Below the pieces are notes generated by a model. It saw only the letters and a program-made list of their open reading frames with translations. It was not told the DNA's origin and made no database searches. Shown here in pieces: positions 12,701-24,963 of a stretch of 64,000 nucleotides of DNA; the first letter of the stretch is position 1, and each line of letters begins with the position of its first letter. The stretch covers positions 434,001 to 498,000 of the forward strand of contig CBFFRQ010000043.1 of the NCBI GenBank assembly GCA_965644315.1, given 5' to 3'. The stretch comes from Caecitellus pseudoparvulus. Lineage: Eukaryota; Protista; Bigyra: Bicosoecida. The translations under genes and the position numbers were made by a program.

Positions 12701-15700
12701 GCGGCATCAGGCTGCATGACGCTTTCCATGGACAAGGTGCTGCTAATGGTGGATGGCGCGTTCTGGTCGTCCACGCCTTGTGCGGAGCATGCCCAAGCAG
12801 CCAAGTGCCATTGAGCCGAGAGAATGTCCTGCACGTTGGCCCACAGCGCCCGAGTTAATTGCAGCTTATCCTGCGGTGTCGCGGCGCTCTTGGTCAAGGA
12901 AGCCACTGCAAAAGCAAGCGCCCGCCAAGGGGCGACATGCGCGGGGGGAAAGCGGGCCTGCTCCAAGGCCACTCCCATCCAGGTGCTCACGCGACGCATG
13001 ACCGTCTGCAGCGCCGCCCAGCCTGAAGCACTGTCTGACGCTGCGGTGGCCTGGCCGCACGCTGCGAAAATGTCTCGCTCAGTGCGCAAGGTCCACCACG
13101 CAAAGGCAGGGGACACAGTGATGCCTGCCCACACGTGAGTGAGAGCCTCTGCCCTTGGGGACTCGGACAAGACCCGCACTTTCGTCGTGGTCTCATCCCA
13201 CCCCTCGCCCGCCTCGTCGCCATGCTCTGCCTCCGCTGCCTGATCAACCCGAATGCCGCCCACGGCAGCGCCGCTTTCCTCACCCTGCAAGGCGGCCAGT
13301 GTGACTTGGATGAGCACACGGTCCTCGACTGAAGGTGGCAGGGTCAAGCCCTGTGCGTTCATGGCTTCAGCTTGCAGCGGAGACTGCCCGCAGGTGCCCA
13401 ATGCCGCCTGCCTCAGCCGCATCCACAGCCCTGAGGCGCCTTTCGCGAGCTGGGCTGCCACCACGTCGGTGTCGTCCGGCACTTGAGTGACGGCTGGGAA
13501 GGATTCCGGGGACAGACCCCGCTTGGAGCCCTGCAGCAAGAGAGCACCCAGGCCGTCACAAGCCAGCCGCTGCCAGTCTCCTGTCAAGAACAGCATGGGA
13601 TGCTCGGTGAAGAGAAGTTGGTCCAGCGTCAGCAACGTCCCTTGGGTACCATGTGCTGCCGCATGACTCAGCGACGTGAGCTGCGTGCCAGCTGTGCCCG
13701 CCCCCTCAATGCCAGGGACTTGGGAAGGAGGCACTGGGATGGGGGCCACGACACCCGGCGCGCCGGCAAATGGGCGCAGCGCGTCTTGCTGCACAGACAG
13801 CAGGCTCTCCAACCATGAAACGGCAGATTGAAGCATCTCCTCTCCGTGGCTGCAAGCGAGAGCGGGGGGGAGAATGGGTGGTGGTGGCAACCCCAGATCA
13901 GCTCCACCAAGCACAGAGCCCTCCCGTGAAGCCATGCCAAGAAAGTGAGCGCCTGCCATGTACGTGTCCTGCACGAGGGAATTCAGCGCACCCTGCAAGA
14001 CTGGGTAAGCCTTAGCTGGGGCCCCCTCGTCCTCGAGCGGGAGACATGGTCCGATGCTGACTAGCAAACCCTGGACGTTGCGGGCGCACCAGGTCCACGC
14101 CGCAGCAATGTGCCCCGAAAGACCGGAAACTCCTCCACGCCCGAGGGCATCCGCTGCCATGAGTGCCACAGCAGCCGAAGCTTGGCGAATCAGGCCCAGG
14201 CAAGCCCTACAGGCTGCGAACAAGCCTTCTGCCGGGACGTGCCCTGCAAGCCCGCGCAGCTGCTGCAGCACTTGTTCAGTGGCAGCGATGACCCCACACA
14301 CCCAACCTCCAAGTGCCAGCGCAGTCCCGCTGCGCACACTCTTGCGCAGCGCCGACAGCGGCTTGGATTTGCCTGCTAGGCAGGCTGTTGTTGCAGACAC
14401 AGCCTCAGCCAGCGCTCCACCACGCTTGGCCAGCAATACTCCAGCTGCAATGCTGGCGCCAGCCTGGGACGGCTGTGTCGGGCAGAATGCCATGACAGCG
14501 CCTGGCACGCCATCTGGAGCCTCTGTCACCTCACAAAGCGCTGGCTTCAGAGCCGCACATGCTTCGCCTGCTGCGTGTAGGGACAGGTGCACCAGCTCCC
14601 TGCGAGCCAGGCGGAGCAGAAGGGCCACTCGAACAACCCAGGCAGCTTGCTGAGGAAGACAAGCAATGGCACGCTGCCAAAGTGCCGGGCTGCAAAGTGG
14701 GGACGCTGGAAGGTGCTTAGCAAGACCCACTGCCTGTGGTGAAGCTGAAAACGCCAGCTCCAGCACACTGCTTTCCTCTGAGTGTCCGTGACCAAGCAGG
14801 CACTGCAGCAACGCAGCAGCGACACGCGGGGCGCCTTTCGGCAGTGCTGCCTGCGTGCTGGGAATCGTGCTGCACATCGGCATGCAGCCTGCCCAAACTT
14901 CCACTGCTGTGCACAGCAAGCGGGGGAAGGGGAGCGCTCCGCCATGCTGAACGAGGCTGGCGGCAGGAACCAGGCCTGTGCCTGGCACGAGAGCGGTGGG
15001 TGACCGAACCCCTTGCCCTACGCTCCACAACAGAGCCCCCCACCTGCTCAGCGCCGCAGCTTGACCTTCAAGGACCCCCCCGCTTCCGTACCCCAGTTGA
15101 CTCGCCCGCAGAGCAGCACTGGGAACGGCCACAAGTCCCATGACTTGCAGCAGCCCGCTCACGACGCCACAGAACTCTCCTGCCTCAGCCAGAACCGGGG
15201 CACCAATTGGGGCCATGCAAGCTGCCAAACTGGCCAGCAAGTGCACTGCTGCAGATGGCGAGGCGGTGCTCAGCCCATGAGCAGACACTCTGGCTGCAGC
15301 TGAAGCGTCAAGACCAAGCAGCCGCTGCAGCTCTTGCAAGGCGGCAGCGTACCGCGCGGAAGGGGCAGGCTCCACGGCGACACGCTGGGCAACAGCGCTG
15401 ATGATGCTCACTAGCGTCAAGACATTCGCCACTCCCGTGCCTGCGTACACAGATGCAAAGGCAACGGCGACTGCCTGAGGCGCTGGCACACGCGCGACGG
15501 CTTGCCATGGCCCAAGGGGGCCGGTGTCGGCGTGTGCTCCTGCAGCATGAGCCCCCTGAACCAACGAAGCCGTCAGGGCTGTGAATCGCGAAAGCTGGCG
15601 CAAGGTTGGGTGCCCAGGGCGGCCCCGTGACAAAGTCGAAGGGTGCTTGGGCAGGTCCAAAGCGGCACGTGCTGACGGCAGCCACTTTCGGAGGGGAGCC

Positions 15701-18700
15701 AAGGCTGCAGCAAGACCATGCACTGCCGCGATCACGCAGGCCAAGCGGGCGTCGGCTGCACCTGCAGCACTGAAAATCACTCCCAGCAGGTCCGCTGCAC
15801 TCAAGCCGCCAGCTACATCCGCCGCGCAAGCAAGGCAGATATGCTGGAGATCCTCAGGCGACTTGATGGCAGCACTGAGACTAGTCAGTGCGCGAGGCAC
15901 CACTGTCGGTGGCCGCAAGGTGTGGGAAGAGGGTGCCTGGAGGGAGAGCTCAATGCAGCGGTTGCGCATGGCTCGAGACACTTCCCCGCCGTTGGTTGCA
16001 TCCACAGTGAGGAAGAGGCGGAAATCTGGGTGAGGGTGCACGATTTTCGGTTTGCCTTCCTGCAGCCCCGCCTCGTTGACCACAAGCACTCCTCCCTTCT
16101 CAAGCAAGGCGTTGAGGCGATCTAGCACGCTGCCCGGGCAGTAGTTTGCGTTGTCCAGCAAGACCCACTCGCCAAGTTCCAAAGCTCGCACGAGGTCACC
16201 GTCAACCCACTCAAACGCCCCGCCGGCAGACCGCAGTGTGCTGGGGGTGACGTCTGCTTCACCGGCTGCCGCAACGGCGGCCTCTAAAGTGCTGCTTACT
16301 GCCCCTTCTGCCGGCTCCAACTCCTCACTCAGCCCCACCGGCACTGGCTCCAAGAATGACCGCACGAAGATGGTAGACAGGGAGTGTCCAAGCCGGATCG
16401 CCAGAGCAGTGAGGGCTGCAGCTGCATGCCAGGAAGCCTGCGCGTGCTGCACGGCGACCAAGTGCACGGCAGGTGCCTTGATACCCCGGGCCCAGGAGAT
16501 GGTGGAGTTCGCCAAAGTTGCCGCGGTCGTAATGGCGGTTGCACTGAGTGTGCTGGGTTCCAAACTCGCCATGATGTCCTGCAGTGCCGCCAGAGACTCG
16601 GAGATTCCCGCGCAGGCAGCCCTGCCTCCCGCCTCAGGGCGGCTCAGGGCTATGCCAATCGAAGCCTCCGCTGCACTGGACAGGGCCAGCGAAAACCGTG
16701 TGATGTGCCGCGCGGGATCCCACTGCTCAAAGCAGCCCAACAGCTCTGTCGCATCAGTGGATGGAGACAGCGGAATCTCCCGCAGGGGCGTGCCAACAAG
16801 CCGCGCGAGGGAGCGCACAGCGGCGGTCTTGCCTGACCCTGACTTGCCCATCAGCAGCACAGGCCAATTCATGTTGACGCAGGTGGCCATGCGCGCTAGC
16901 GTCGCGCGAAGAGGGGCAGTGAGTGCCTGTCCCCCTGCTGCAGCTGGAAGGTAAAGCAGGGAGCCCTCCACTTGCTGCCGTCGGGGTGGCACACCACGCC
17001 GCCGTAGCACTGCGTCGCCCACAATGACATGCTCCCCTGCTACTCGAAGCTCCGGGGCTCCATCGCCTAATGGAGTGGGGGGCACTCCAAATACGTCATG
17101 AAACGCTGCGTTGATGGCTTGCTGGTCCTCTGCCGTCCGCATGCGGGCTGTGTACAGGAGGTGGGCAGTACGCTGCGGCGCCCATCTGTGCTCGTCCGAT
17201 TCGCCGGAGCTGCCTTGCGTTGCCAACGTCACGTCACACCAGCGGAAGAGGTCACGCAAGTTAAACTCCCAAGGGCTGCCTTGTCGCCCGTACGCGCGTG
17301 AGACCATTGTGTCGTGTGCGACTCTGCAATTGAACTCAATCATCTGCTGCAGCAGGTTGGGGTGCGCGCTGGAGGCTGTGGGGAGAGGTGGGCAAGTGGC
17401 TAGGCTGGGGTACAGGCGCTCAGTGATGAAAATAAGATCTTGCCGAGACAGTGGGGAGACGACAACCTTGGTGAAGCGGTTCAGGAACGACTTTGGCAAG
17501 CCCTTGCGGCCGCCACCTTGCGAGATGGGGTTCTGCGCGGCAAAGACGCGGAATGATGGTGGTGCGGCGATGCTCGCGTCAAGCTCCGGGATGAAGACTG
17601 TCCCGCGATGGTCCAAGACCGAGTTGAGGCCCTCCAGCACTGCCTGGGAAGCTAAGTTCATCTCGTCCAGCAGCACCCAGTCGCCTGCTCTGAGCGCTGC
17701 CAGCAGGATGCCGTCACACCACTTGAAGTTGGGCATGCCCTTGCCATTCCCCCCGCCTTCTTCGTCTGATGGCGGCACCGGGAGGTCTGATCCCATCAGG
17801 TCTGCCATGTCCGTTTGCTCAGACAAGTTGATGCGCACGAGGCGGTGCCCAGAGGCAGCGGCCAAGGCAGACACGAGGGACGTCTTGCCGACACCAGGCG
17901 AGCCCTCCAGCAGCACGGGTTTGCGGAGCTGCAGAGAACGGAGCAGCCGCTGCAGGTTCGCGCCCGTGGTGGGCGCATTCAAGGCGTACGGGTCGCCCTG
18001 GACGTCGCCGGCTGGGCCACGTGGAATGACGAACGGGTTCACGCCAAACGTGGCCGGTGTGTTGATGACTGCAAGGGGCTCTGTGGCTGTGGAGCCGTCG
18101 TTGTCCTCCAGAAGGGGCGCGGTGCTGCGCACGAAGTCACGGGCGGTCGGCGGCACCGCCTGCAGAAGGTGAGTGTACGCTGCTTGCCGAATGGCTGAGG
18201 CAGTTGCTTGCGACATGTTCGTCCCAAGCCCGAGGCCATCCAGCAGCACTAAGCAGGCCCCGTGCAGCATGGCAACCCACGCATGCAGGGGCGTGGGTGC
18301 GTCCACAGCCGCATCGCGCACGCCAGCTGCCTGCCCAGCCTCGCCCACTGCGCGGATGAAGTGGGCATTGCACAGCACTGACGCAACAAACAGGGCCCAC
18401 GTGTGCAAGTCTCGCAGGGACAGGAACACCTCCCGCCTCGGCTCTGGCTTGCTGCGGGCTGGTGCCGCAGCGCCACGCTGTGCTGCGGGTTTGACAAGGT
18501 GTCCGCCTTGGGCGTGCTCTTTCACCCACTTCACGAAGCGCAGCATGATGGGTCCGACAGGCTGCAGAATGTCAAGCAGGCGCTGACGCATGGAAGATGC
18601 GGAGAGGGACGAAGATGCGAGTGCTGCTGACGCTGCGGCCTTCGCGCCTGCCACCGCCAGCTTGTCGCCGATGATGGTCATCAAGTCGGCTTCCTCGGAG

Positions 18701-21700
18701 ATGGCAGGGACCCACAGCTCGGTGAAGCGGTTGCGGAGGGCAGGAGATAGCTCTCGCTTGCCGAAGTCGCCCCCCGGGTTCATAGTGGCGAAGAATCGGA
18801 AAGGTGCCGCTGCTTTAACTATGGGAGCGTCTCCTGCGGAGCCGCCGCCTGCCTCTGCCAGTGTGACGGTGCGGCCGGGCTCCAGCACCGAATTCAGGCG
18901 CTCCAGAACAGCGTCTTCTGCCAGGGAAGCCTCGTCAAGCAGGAACATGTGCCCACGACGCATAGCCGTGACGAGGGGGCCATCCACCCACTCAAACAGC
19001 GAGGCGTAGCGCTTGTAGGCGGCATGTGCAGCAGCGGCGTGTTCATCGCTGCCTTGCAACCCGGCCTTGCGCAGGTCACGCTGGGCCTTGAGCAAGGCAC
19101 TGTGAAGGCTTTCAACAGTGTCTGCGTCGCTCGATGCCGCATTGCGCAGGGCATGCGGGGCATACCCTGGCGGACACGAGGCGGCGAAGGCAGCTGTCGC
19201 GGCCCGAAAGCCAGCCTCAGCGGCCGCTCGGCCGCGCACAGGTCGCAGGCCACCCAGAAAGTCAGCCGTCTCGGTGTGTGCGTGGCAGTTAACAATGTGC
19301 AGCGGACGGCGCAGCAGCAACGCAAGCAGCTGCACGACGGTGGTCTTACCACAGCCAGTCTCGCCGACAAGCAGCACTGGCTCGGAATGCCGGATGCAGC
19401 CCGCCAGCAGCACGAAGAGGCGGCGAAGAGAAGAGGTCCATGAGACATTAGACAGACCCTCGGTGCCAGGCACAGTAGGTAGAGGTGGAACGCCCTCATC
19501 GTCTGATGGAGTGCCCTCATCCGCGCCAGCACGGGGCGCAGCAAGCACCCGCGCGACCCAGTGCAGACCTGCAACAAGTGCATCCATGTCGTACGCAGAG
19601 GGAGGGTCCGCCTGCAGTACAGAGTCGATGCTGACGACATCTTCCACTACGGGTGATGTGCTGCCACCCTCCGACCTCCTTCGCTTGCTCGTGCTCTCTG
19701 CCGGGTTCTGCTCCTGCTCCAGCGCGGCAGCGGAGGCTTCCTCAGGTTCGGCGCACGCATACAGCTCATGCACGTTCAGGACTGCCCGTCGACAGTGCTT
19801 GCGCAAGACGTCAGCAATGATCGCGCTCTCGCTGGGACTGCGCAGGCGCTCAGCAAGCAGCATGTACCCTGCCGAGGCAAGGTCTTCCCACAACCCTGGC
19901 CGCCGACCGGCCCAACGCAGCAAATCCCGAGTGGTGATGAAGCCTTCTTTTCCGGCAAAGACAGCCGCTGCCGTGCGGGCCCGTCGAAGGTCCGCGGCGA
20001 CGGCGACCATGGCTGCAGCGAAAGGTGGCGCAATGGCCGTGCGCTGGGTCAAAATCGTGCGCAGCTCGTCTTCTGGCAGGTCCCCCACGTGCAGCTCCAA
20101 AAATCGGTTGCGAAAGGCGGTGCTCAGGCGCTTTCGCCCTCCGTAAGCACCTGGCGGGTTCTGTGTCGCAAAGAGCATGAAGTGTGGGTGGGGCTTGACG
20201 ACTTCCTGTGTGTCTGGGATGAACAGCTCTCGGTTGTCATCCAGCAGGCGATTCAGCGCCTCCAGCACCTCGCTCGGCGCCAGGTTCAACTCATCCAGAA
20301 TCAGCCACCACCCGCGGCGGACGGCAGTGACGAGGAGCCCCTCTTGGAACATCAACTTCCCTCGCTCATTGGGGGCGTAGGCACCGATGTACTCTGCGAT
20401 GTCCGTGTGGTCATGATTATTGATCCTGACGCAGGTGTGGCCTGTTCTCGCTGCCAAGTACTCTACAATGCTCGTCTTGCCACTGGAAGTGGGGCCTTGT
20501 AGCAGAACGGGGTACCTGCGTGAGACAGCCGCGCGGGCAAGCGAGCGCAGGTGCCGGTGGACTGACGGCGTCAACACGTAGCCGGTGGAAGGAGGCACTG
20601 CCTCATCTTGCCCAGCTGGAGCCTCCTCCTTGGGCTTCAATTCTGCAGCAGTGCCGCCCCGGCTACGCTTCCTGCGCGAGACTGGCGCTGGAGCTGCTGC
20701 TGCAGCTTGGGCGGCCTGGTCGGACGCGGCAGTGGCGGGGGGCGGTGCGGGCACAGCTGGGTCGTGGGGGTGTAGGGGGCCCACTGGGACGTAGAAGTTC
20801 TCCACTTGTGTGTACACAGGGGCTTGAGGTGGTAAAGCCGCCCTGCGTGACGCCTCGTCAGCAGCAGGCGGCTCGGGCTGCCCTGGCAAAGCCAGCATGG
20901 CAACTCGGGCACTCGCGCCGTGCAGACCTCCCGAAGGGCTGGGGTTCACAATGCTAGCTTTCCTGCCACCTGGCTTGCGGGGAGGACGCGCAAGTACTTC
21001 GGGGTCAAAGGGCGTTCCGCTCAGTACATGCTTCACGATGGCTCCATGCAGCACTGACGCCGACGGGCCGTCAAGCTGGGTCAGGTACGACATGCAAAAG
21101 CCCTCGTAGAGGGCTCGCAGAGGCTTGTAGCCGCCGCCTGACGCGCCTGACGTCAGGTGGGATGCGTACGACAACGCTCGGCACAGTGTGCGCAGCGAGT
21201 ACCGAGGCCGGGAGGCGGCGCCGTCTGTCAGGTGGGAGGCTGACAGCGCACGCGCGGCAAGATGAAAGTCCACGACAGCCTGGACAGGTGGCGCACCTGC
21301 TTTGGTACCCCCCCCCGCAGACCTGGACTTGGCCGCGCCAGAGGCTGTTCCCAAGCCGTACATTGGCTTCAGGAAGCGGTTCGCGACAATGGCGAGGTCG
21401 GGAGCGTCCGTGACTTCATCCACGTACAACTCTGTGAAGCGCTGTCGGATGGCTGGCGGCAAGTCACGCTTGCCAGCATCCGTGGCAGGGTTCATGGCGG
21501 CAAAGAGTCGAAAGTTGGGGTGCCGCGGCACTGCGCCAGCATCCCCCCTCTCTGTCAGGGCGATGCTGCCACTGGGTCCGTCCAGCAGTCCGCTCAGCCG
21601 CTCGAGGGTCTCTCGAGATGCCAAGTTGACCTCATCCAGCAACATCCAGTGGCCTTCTCGCACTGCGCGCACGAGAGCGCCCTCCACGAAGGAAAACGCA

Positions 21701-24468
21701 AAGGCAGAGTCTGCGGCCTGCCGTTGCCTGTCGAACGTCTCTATGCGTTCACACAGGTCAGTCCAAGCGGCCCCAAGCAGGGCTTCCTTGCTGCTGGGGC
21801 TGGGGCGTGGCTTGGTGTCACCTGCGTCTGTTGTGCTAGGGGTGAGTTTGGCTTGTGCGGTGGCGCCGCCCTTGCGAAGAAGCTTGACCAGCTTTGCCCA
21901 GGCTTGGCCTTCCACTGCCTTGGTCACCGCGCCCAGGAAGGCACCATTGTCAGCAGCTGAAAAGGTCGCATTGAAGGCGTCCACGAAATCATTCACCAGG
22001 GGCCTTGCAGCAGCAGCCATGGCCACAGGCTTGTGTCCACCCAGGAGGTCTGTGCTGTCAGACTGCACATTCAAGTTCTGCACCAGGAGGGTGGCGCCAA
22101 CAGAGTCCGCCAGCGCTTGGATGACGCTGGTCTTGCCGTTGCCCGTCTCACCCACGACCAAAATTGGCTCGCTGGCAGACACCCCTGCGGCGAGGGATCG
22201 CAGCAGCGCTCGGGCATGGCGCGTGGCAGCGAAGGACTTCGGCAATGGGGAGTCGGAAGATGGCACCAGTGCCTCCCCTTGGGTGGAGGCACCAGCCTCT
22301 GCCTCGGCAGCTGCACCAGCAAGGCGCTGCAGCGCTGAAGTACGGGCTGCAGGCAGGGAAATGCCCCCACACACGAGCGCTGCCAGCGTCCCCGACACAG
22401 CACCCACCAGGCCGGCGACTTCGGGCGTCGCATGCAGCACCAGAGCGGTCGCATCGTCGGGCGTAACACCCCACAGCGGTGCAAGCATGCGTGCTGCTGC
22501 AGCCCGCATGGCGGGAGCTGGGAGGTGCGCAAGGAACACCTCCACTGCTTCAGTCAGCACGCCCCGCCGCTGGGCATCCGTGAGGTAGTCAGGTGCGCCG
22601 TGCCCCTCTTCCCGCACTGGCATGTGGCGCTGCGCTCGCGCTGCCCACTTGAACAAATCCCGAGGGGACAGCACTCGGCCAAAGCGAGCCAGATGGTGAA
22701 CCGCGTCTGGCAGCGCAATGGACCTGGCGAGGGCCATGCCCTCATCCACTTCGCTGTCGCTCTCAGGCTGCGCCGCGGCGTCGGGCAAAGGGGGCAACTC
22801 GATGCCGTGAGCTCGCTGCAGCAGTGCATAGCTGGCCAACATGCGCCCAGCAGCCCAGGGCGACAGTGCTGGGGCGCGTGCTTCCAGCATACTCTCCAGC
22901 TCGTGGGCAGCCGGGGGCTGCAGGTGCACGGCGTGGAAGTGTGGCAGGAACGGCGCCAGGGCAGGCGACGGAGACGTGGCAGCGGCGTCTGCGCCTGCCA
23001 TGCTTGCCAACAGACCGTCAGCCTCGGCCTGCATGCCAGAAGAGGGCGTCTCGGCGGTGGCACCATCCAGGACGACGGTCTTTGTTGACCGCGTGGCGAA
23101 GAGCTGGAACCCTGGCGCGGCAGGAATGGGAGCATCGCGCCCGGGGATGACCAGCGTGCCGCTCTCGAGAAGAGGCACCAAGGTGCTCAACACATCAAAA
23201 GGAGCACGGTCGAGGTCCTCCACCAGCACCCACCTGCCAGAGGTGACGGCCTGCGTGATGGCACCCGGCGCCCACCGGAACTCCCCTGGCACGTCAGTCG
23301 CGACATAAGATCCCAGCAGGGTTTTCGAATCCATGCTGTCGTCCAGGTGCAGCTCCAGCATTCCAAGGGGGTTGGGGGAGAGGCCCTCCTTGCTCTGTAC
23401 CATGGCGCTGCGGCCCGACTTGGCTGCCAGCGCACGAACCAGTGTGGTCTTGCCAGCCCCAGCAGGGCCTGTGAGCAGCAAGGGGCGGCCTGTGCCCATC
23501 GCCAAGGACAAAGCGGCCATGTTCGACATGGCTGTCGGGGTGGCCACCCACTCCCCACCCACTGGCGCACCGCTAGGGAGGCGCGGCAGCTCGCCGTCCT
23601 CGCTGTGGCTGGCTGGCTCACTCAGCGCCTTGTGCACTGTGTCGGCCAGCAGCGCGTCTGTCGCATGCAGGTCTAGCAGCACCCGCGACGCTGCCTGGCC
23701 GTCCATGCTGTCGAGAGATGTGGTAAAGCCATGCAACGCCTCCTCGCTGGCAGTTGCCACGCCCAGCAAACCACCACTGGGTGCTGCACTCGACGCCCCG
23801 CTGCCCAGCTCAGAGTGAGAAGAAGCCGGTGCTTGAGGCTGCTCCGAGGCTTGGCCGGAGGCAGAACGCTTTGTTCCCCGCGAGTCTCCAGCTGCGGTCG
23901 CTGCCGTGCTCATTGCATCCCGGGCCAAGGCAACAGTCGCCCCGGCAGACAGCTGCATGATGCTGCCCGCCGCAGTGGCGCAAGCAAAGCGAACCAGTCT
24001 GGACGCGTGCATGCTCTGGCGGAGAAAGCGTGGCAAGAACGAGATCTTCAGCTCCTTCTCATGTGCTGCACTGGATGACAACCCCATCGCCAGGTCTGCA
24101 GTGGGGGGCAAGTGTGCGTGCAGAGTTTCACAGCGAAACGCAGAAACTGCGCGATGAACTCACACATGGCTGAAACTGACGAAGTAGCAGCTTGTGCAAC
24201 GTCCCACGCCTTGCATGATTCTAATCTATCTAGTTCGGTTCTCAGCTGCTCCAAGCCGCCGTGCTGGGCGCCCAACTGCAAAGCGAAAGGCGGGCGCGTG
24301 CGGAAATCGCCAGCAGAACACTGCGCAGCCCGAGCCACTCACAGCGGGCAAGCAGAAACTCATGAACGCCACCTTGAGTCGCTGTGGAAGCTCCCAGGTG
24401 ATTCCTTCGCCCCTGCATGATGCAAGAATACGGTCAACCGCTGTGTCCAGTGGCGTGGCGGTGTCCAT
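3763..24468 (-). CDS. MDN1: Midasin (dynein-related AAA+ ATPase, 60S biogenesis); exons 24468-24343, 24275-24164, 24095-3763; ~6856 aa
   Basis: Six AAA Walker A motifs (GPAGAGKT, GETGNGKT, GPTSSGKT, GETGCGKT, GSPGVGKT, GKSGSGKT), a long linker, a D/E-rich region and a C-terminal MIDAS domain (GDFRTGKRINMKKVIPYIAS..AVDDSASM). Two phase-compatible GTGAGT..CAG introns (24342-24276, 24163-24096) link to an ATG at 24468. The 5' model is less certain than the identity. Confidence 0.95.
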
Positions 24469-24647
24469 TTCGGAGGGCGGCAGCAACAGATGCTGCTGGC
24501 CCGCACAACTTCGCACTGCCGCCAGATGCTGGGCGAAGGAACAGCGCGTCACAATGCCGCGATTCACAACAACTGCTTGTAGGAGATAGGTTTGGAAAAT
24601 GACCCCGGGCGCGGCGAGCCTCCGCCACAGAACTGTGCGATGAATCG

Positions 24648-24654
24648 AAAAAAA
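24648..24654 (-). terminator. RNA polymerase III oligo-T terminator of the tRNA-Leu gene
   Basis: A T7 run on the minus strand 6 nt downstream of the tRNA 3' end. Confidence 0.8.
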
Positions 24655-24660
24655 TACACA

Positions 24661-24742
24661 TACTACCGGAGGGATTTGAACCCTCGAGTACGAATACAGT
24701 GCAACTTGAGTGCACCCCCTTAGACCACTCGGGCACAGTAGT
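24661..24742 (-). tRNA. trnL-CAA: tRNA-Leu, anticodon CAA, 82 nt, intronless, no encoded CCA
   Basis: The reverse complement folds as a cloverleaf: acceptor ACTACTG/CGGTAGT plus discriminator A, D arm CCCGAGTGGTCTAAGGG, anticodon stem GTGCA-CTCAAGT-TGCAC, long variable arm, T arm GAGGG-TTCAAAT-CCCTC. Confidence 0.93.
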
Positions 24743-24963
24743 TAAACCATTGCTGTGGCAGGGCAATTCAACATAACTAAAGACCATCACGTGCAAAGAA
24801 GCAAGCACTCCCGCCGAGTATCAGCTTCCCTGCCAAAACATCACACACGAAGCACGCCTGTGGACCCTGCGGTTGGGCCTGATGTGCTCCTATCTCTTGC
24901 AAGTCCTGCATCTTTGTTCTTCAGTCAGCGCTCGCACCTGCGCCTGGAACACGCACGTGAAAG

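Noticed and set aside
3920-24157. Many long plus-strand ORFs antisense to midasin (e.g. 21302-22588, 17111-18172) and similar shadow ORFs over other genes
   Set aside because: Expected from high GC and codon bias in the opposite frame. They have no domain motifs and many start at non-ATG codons.
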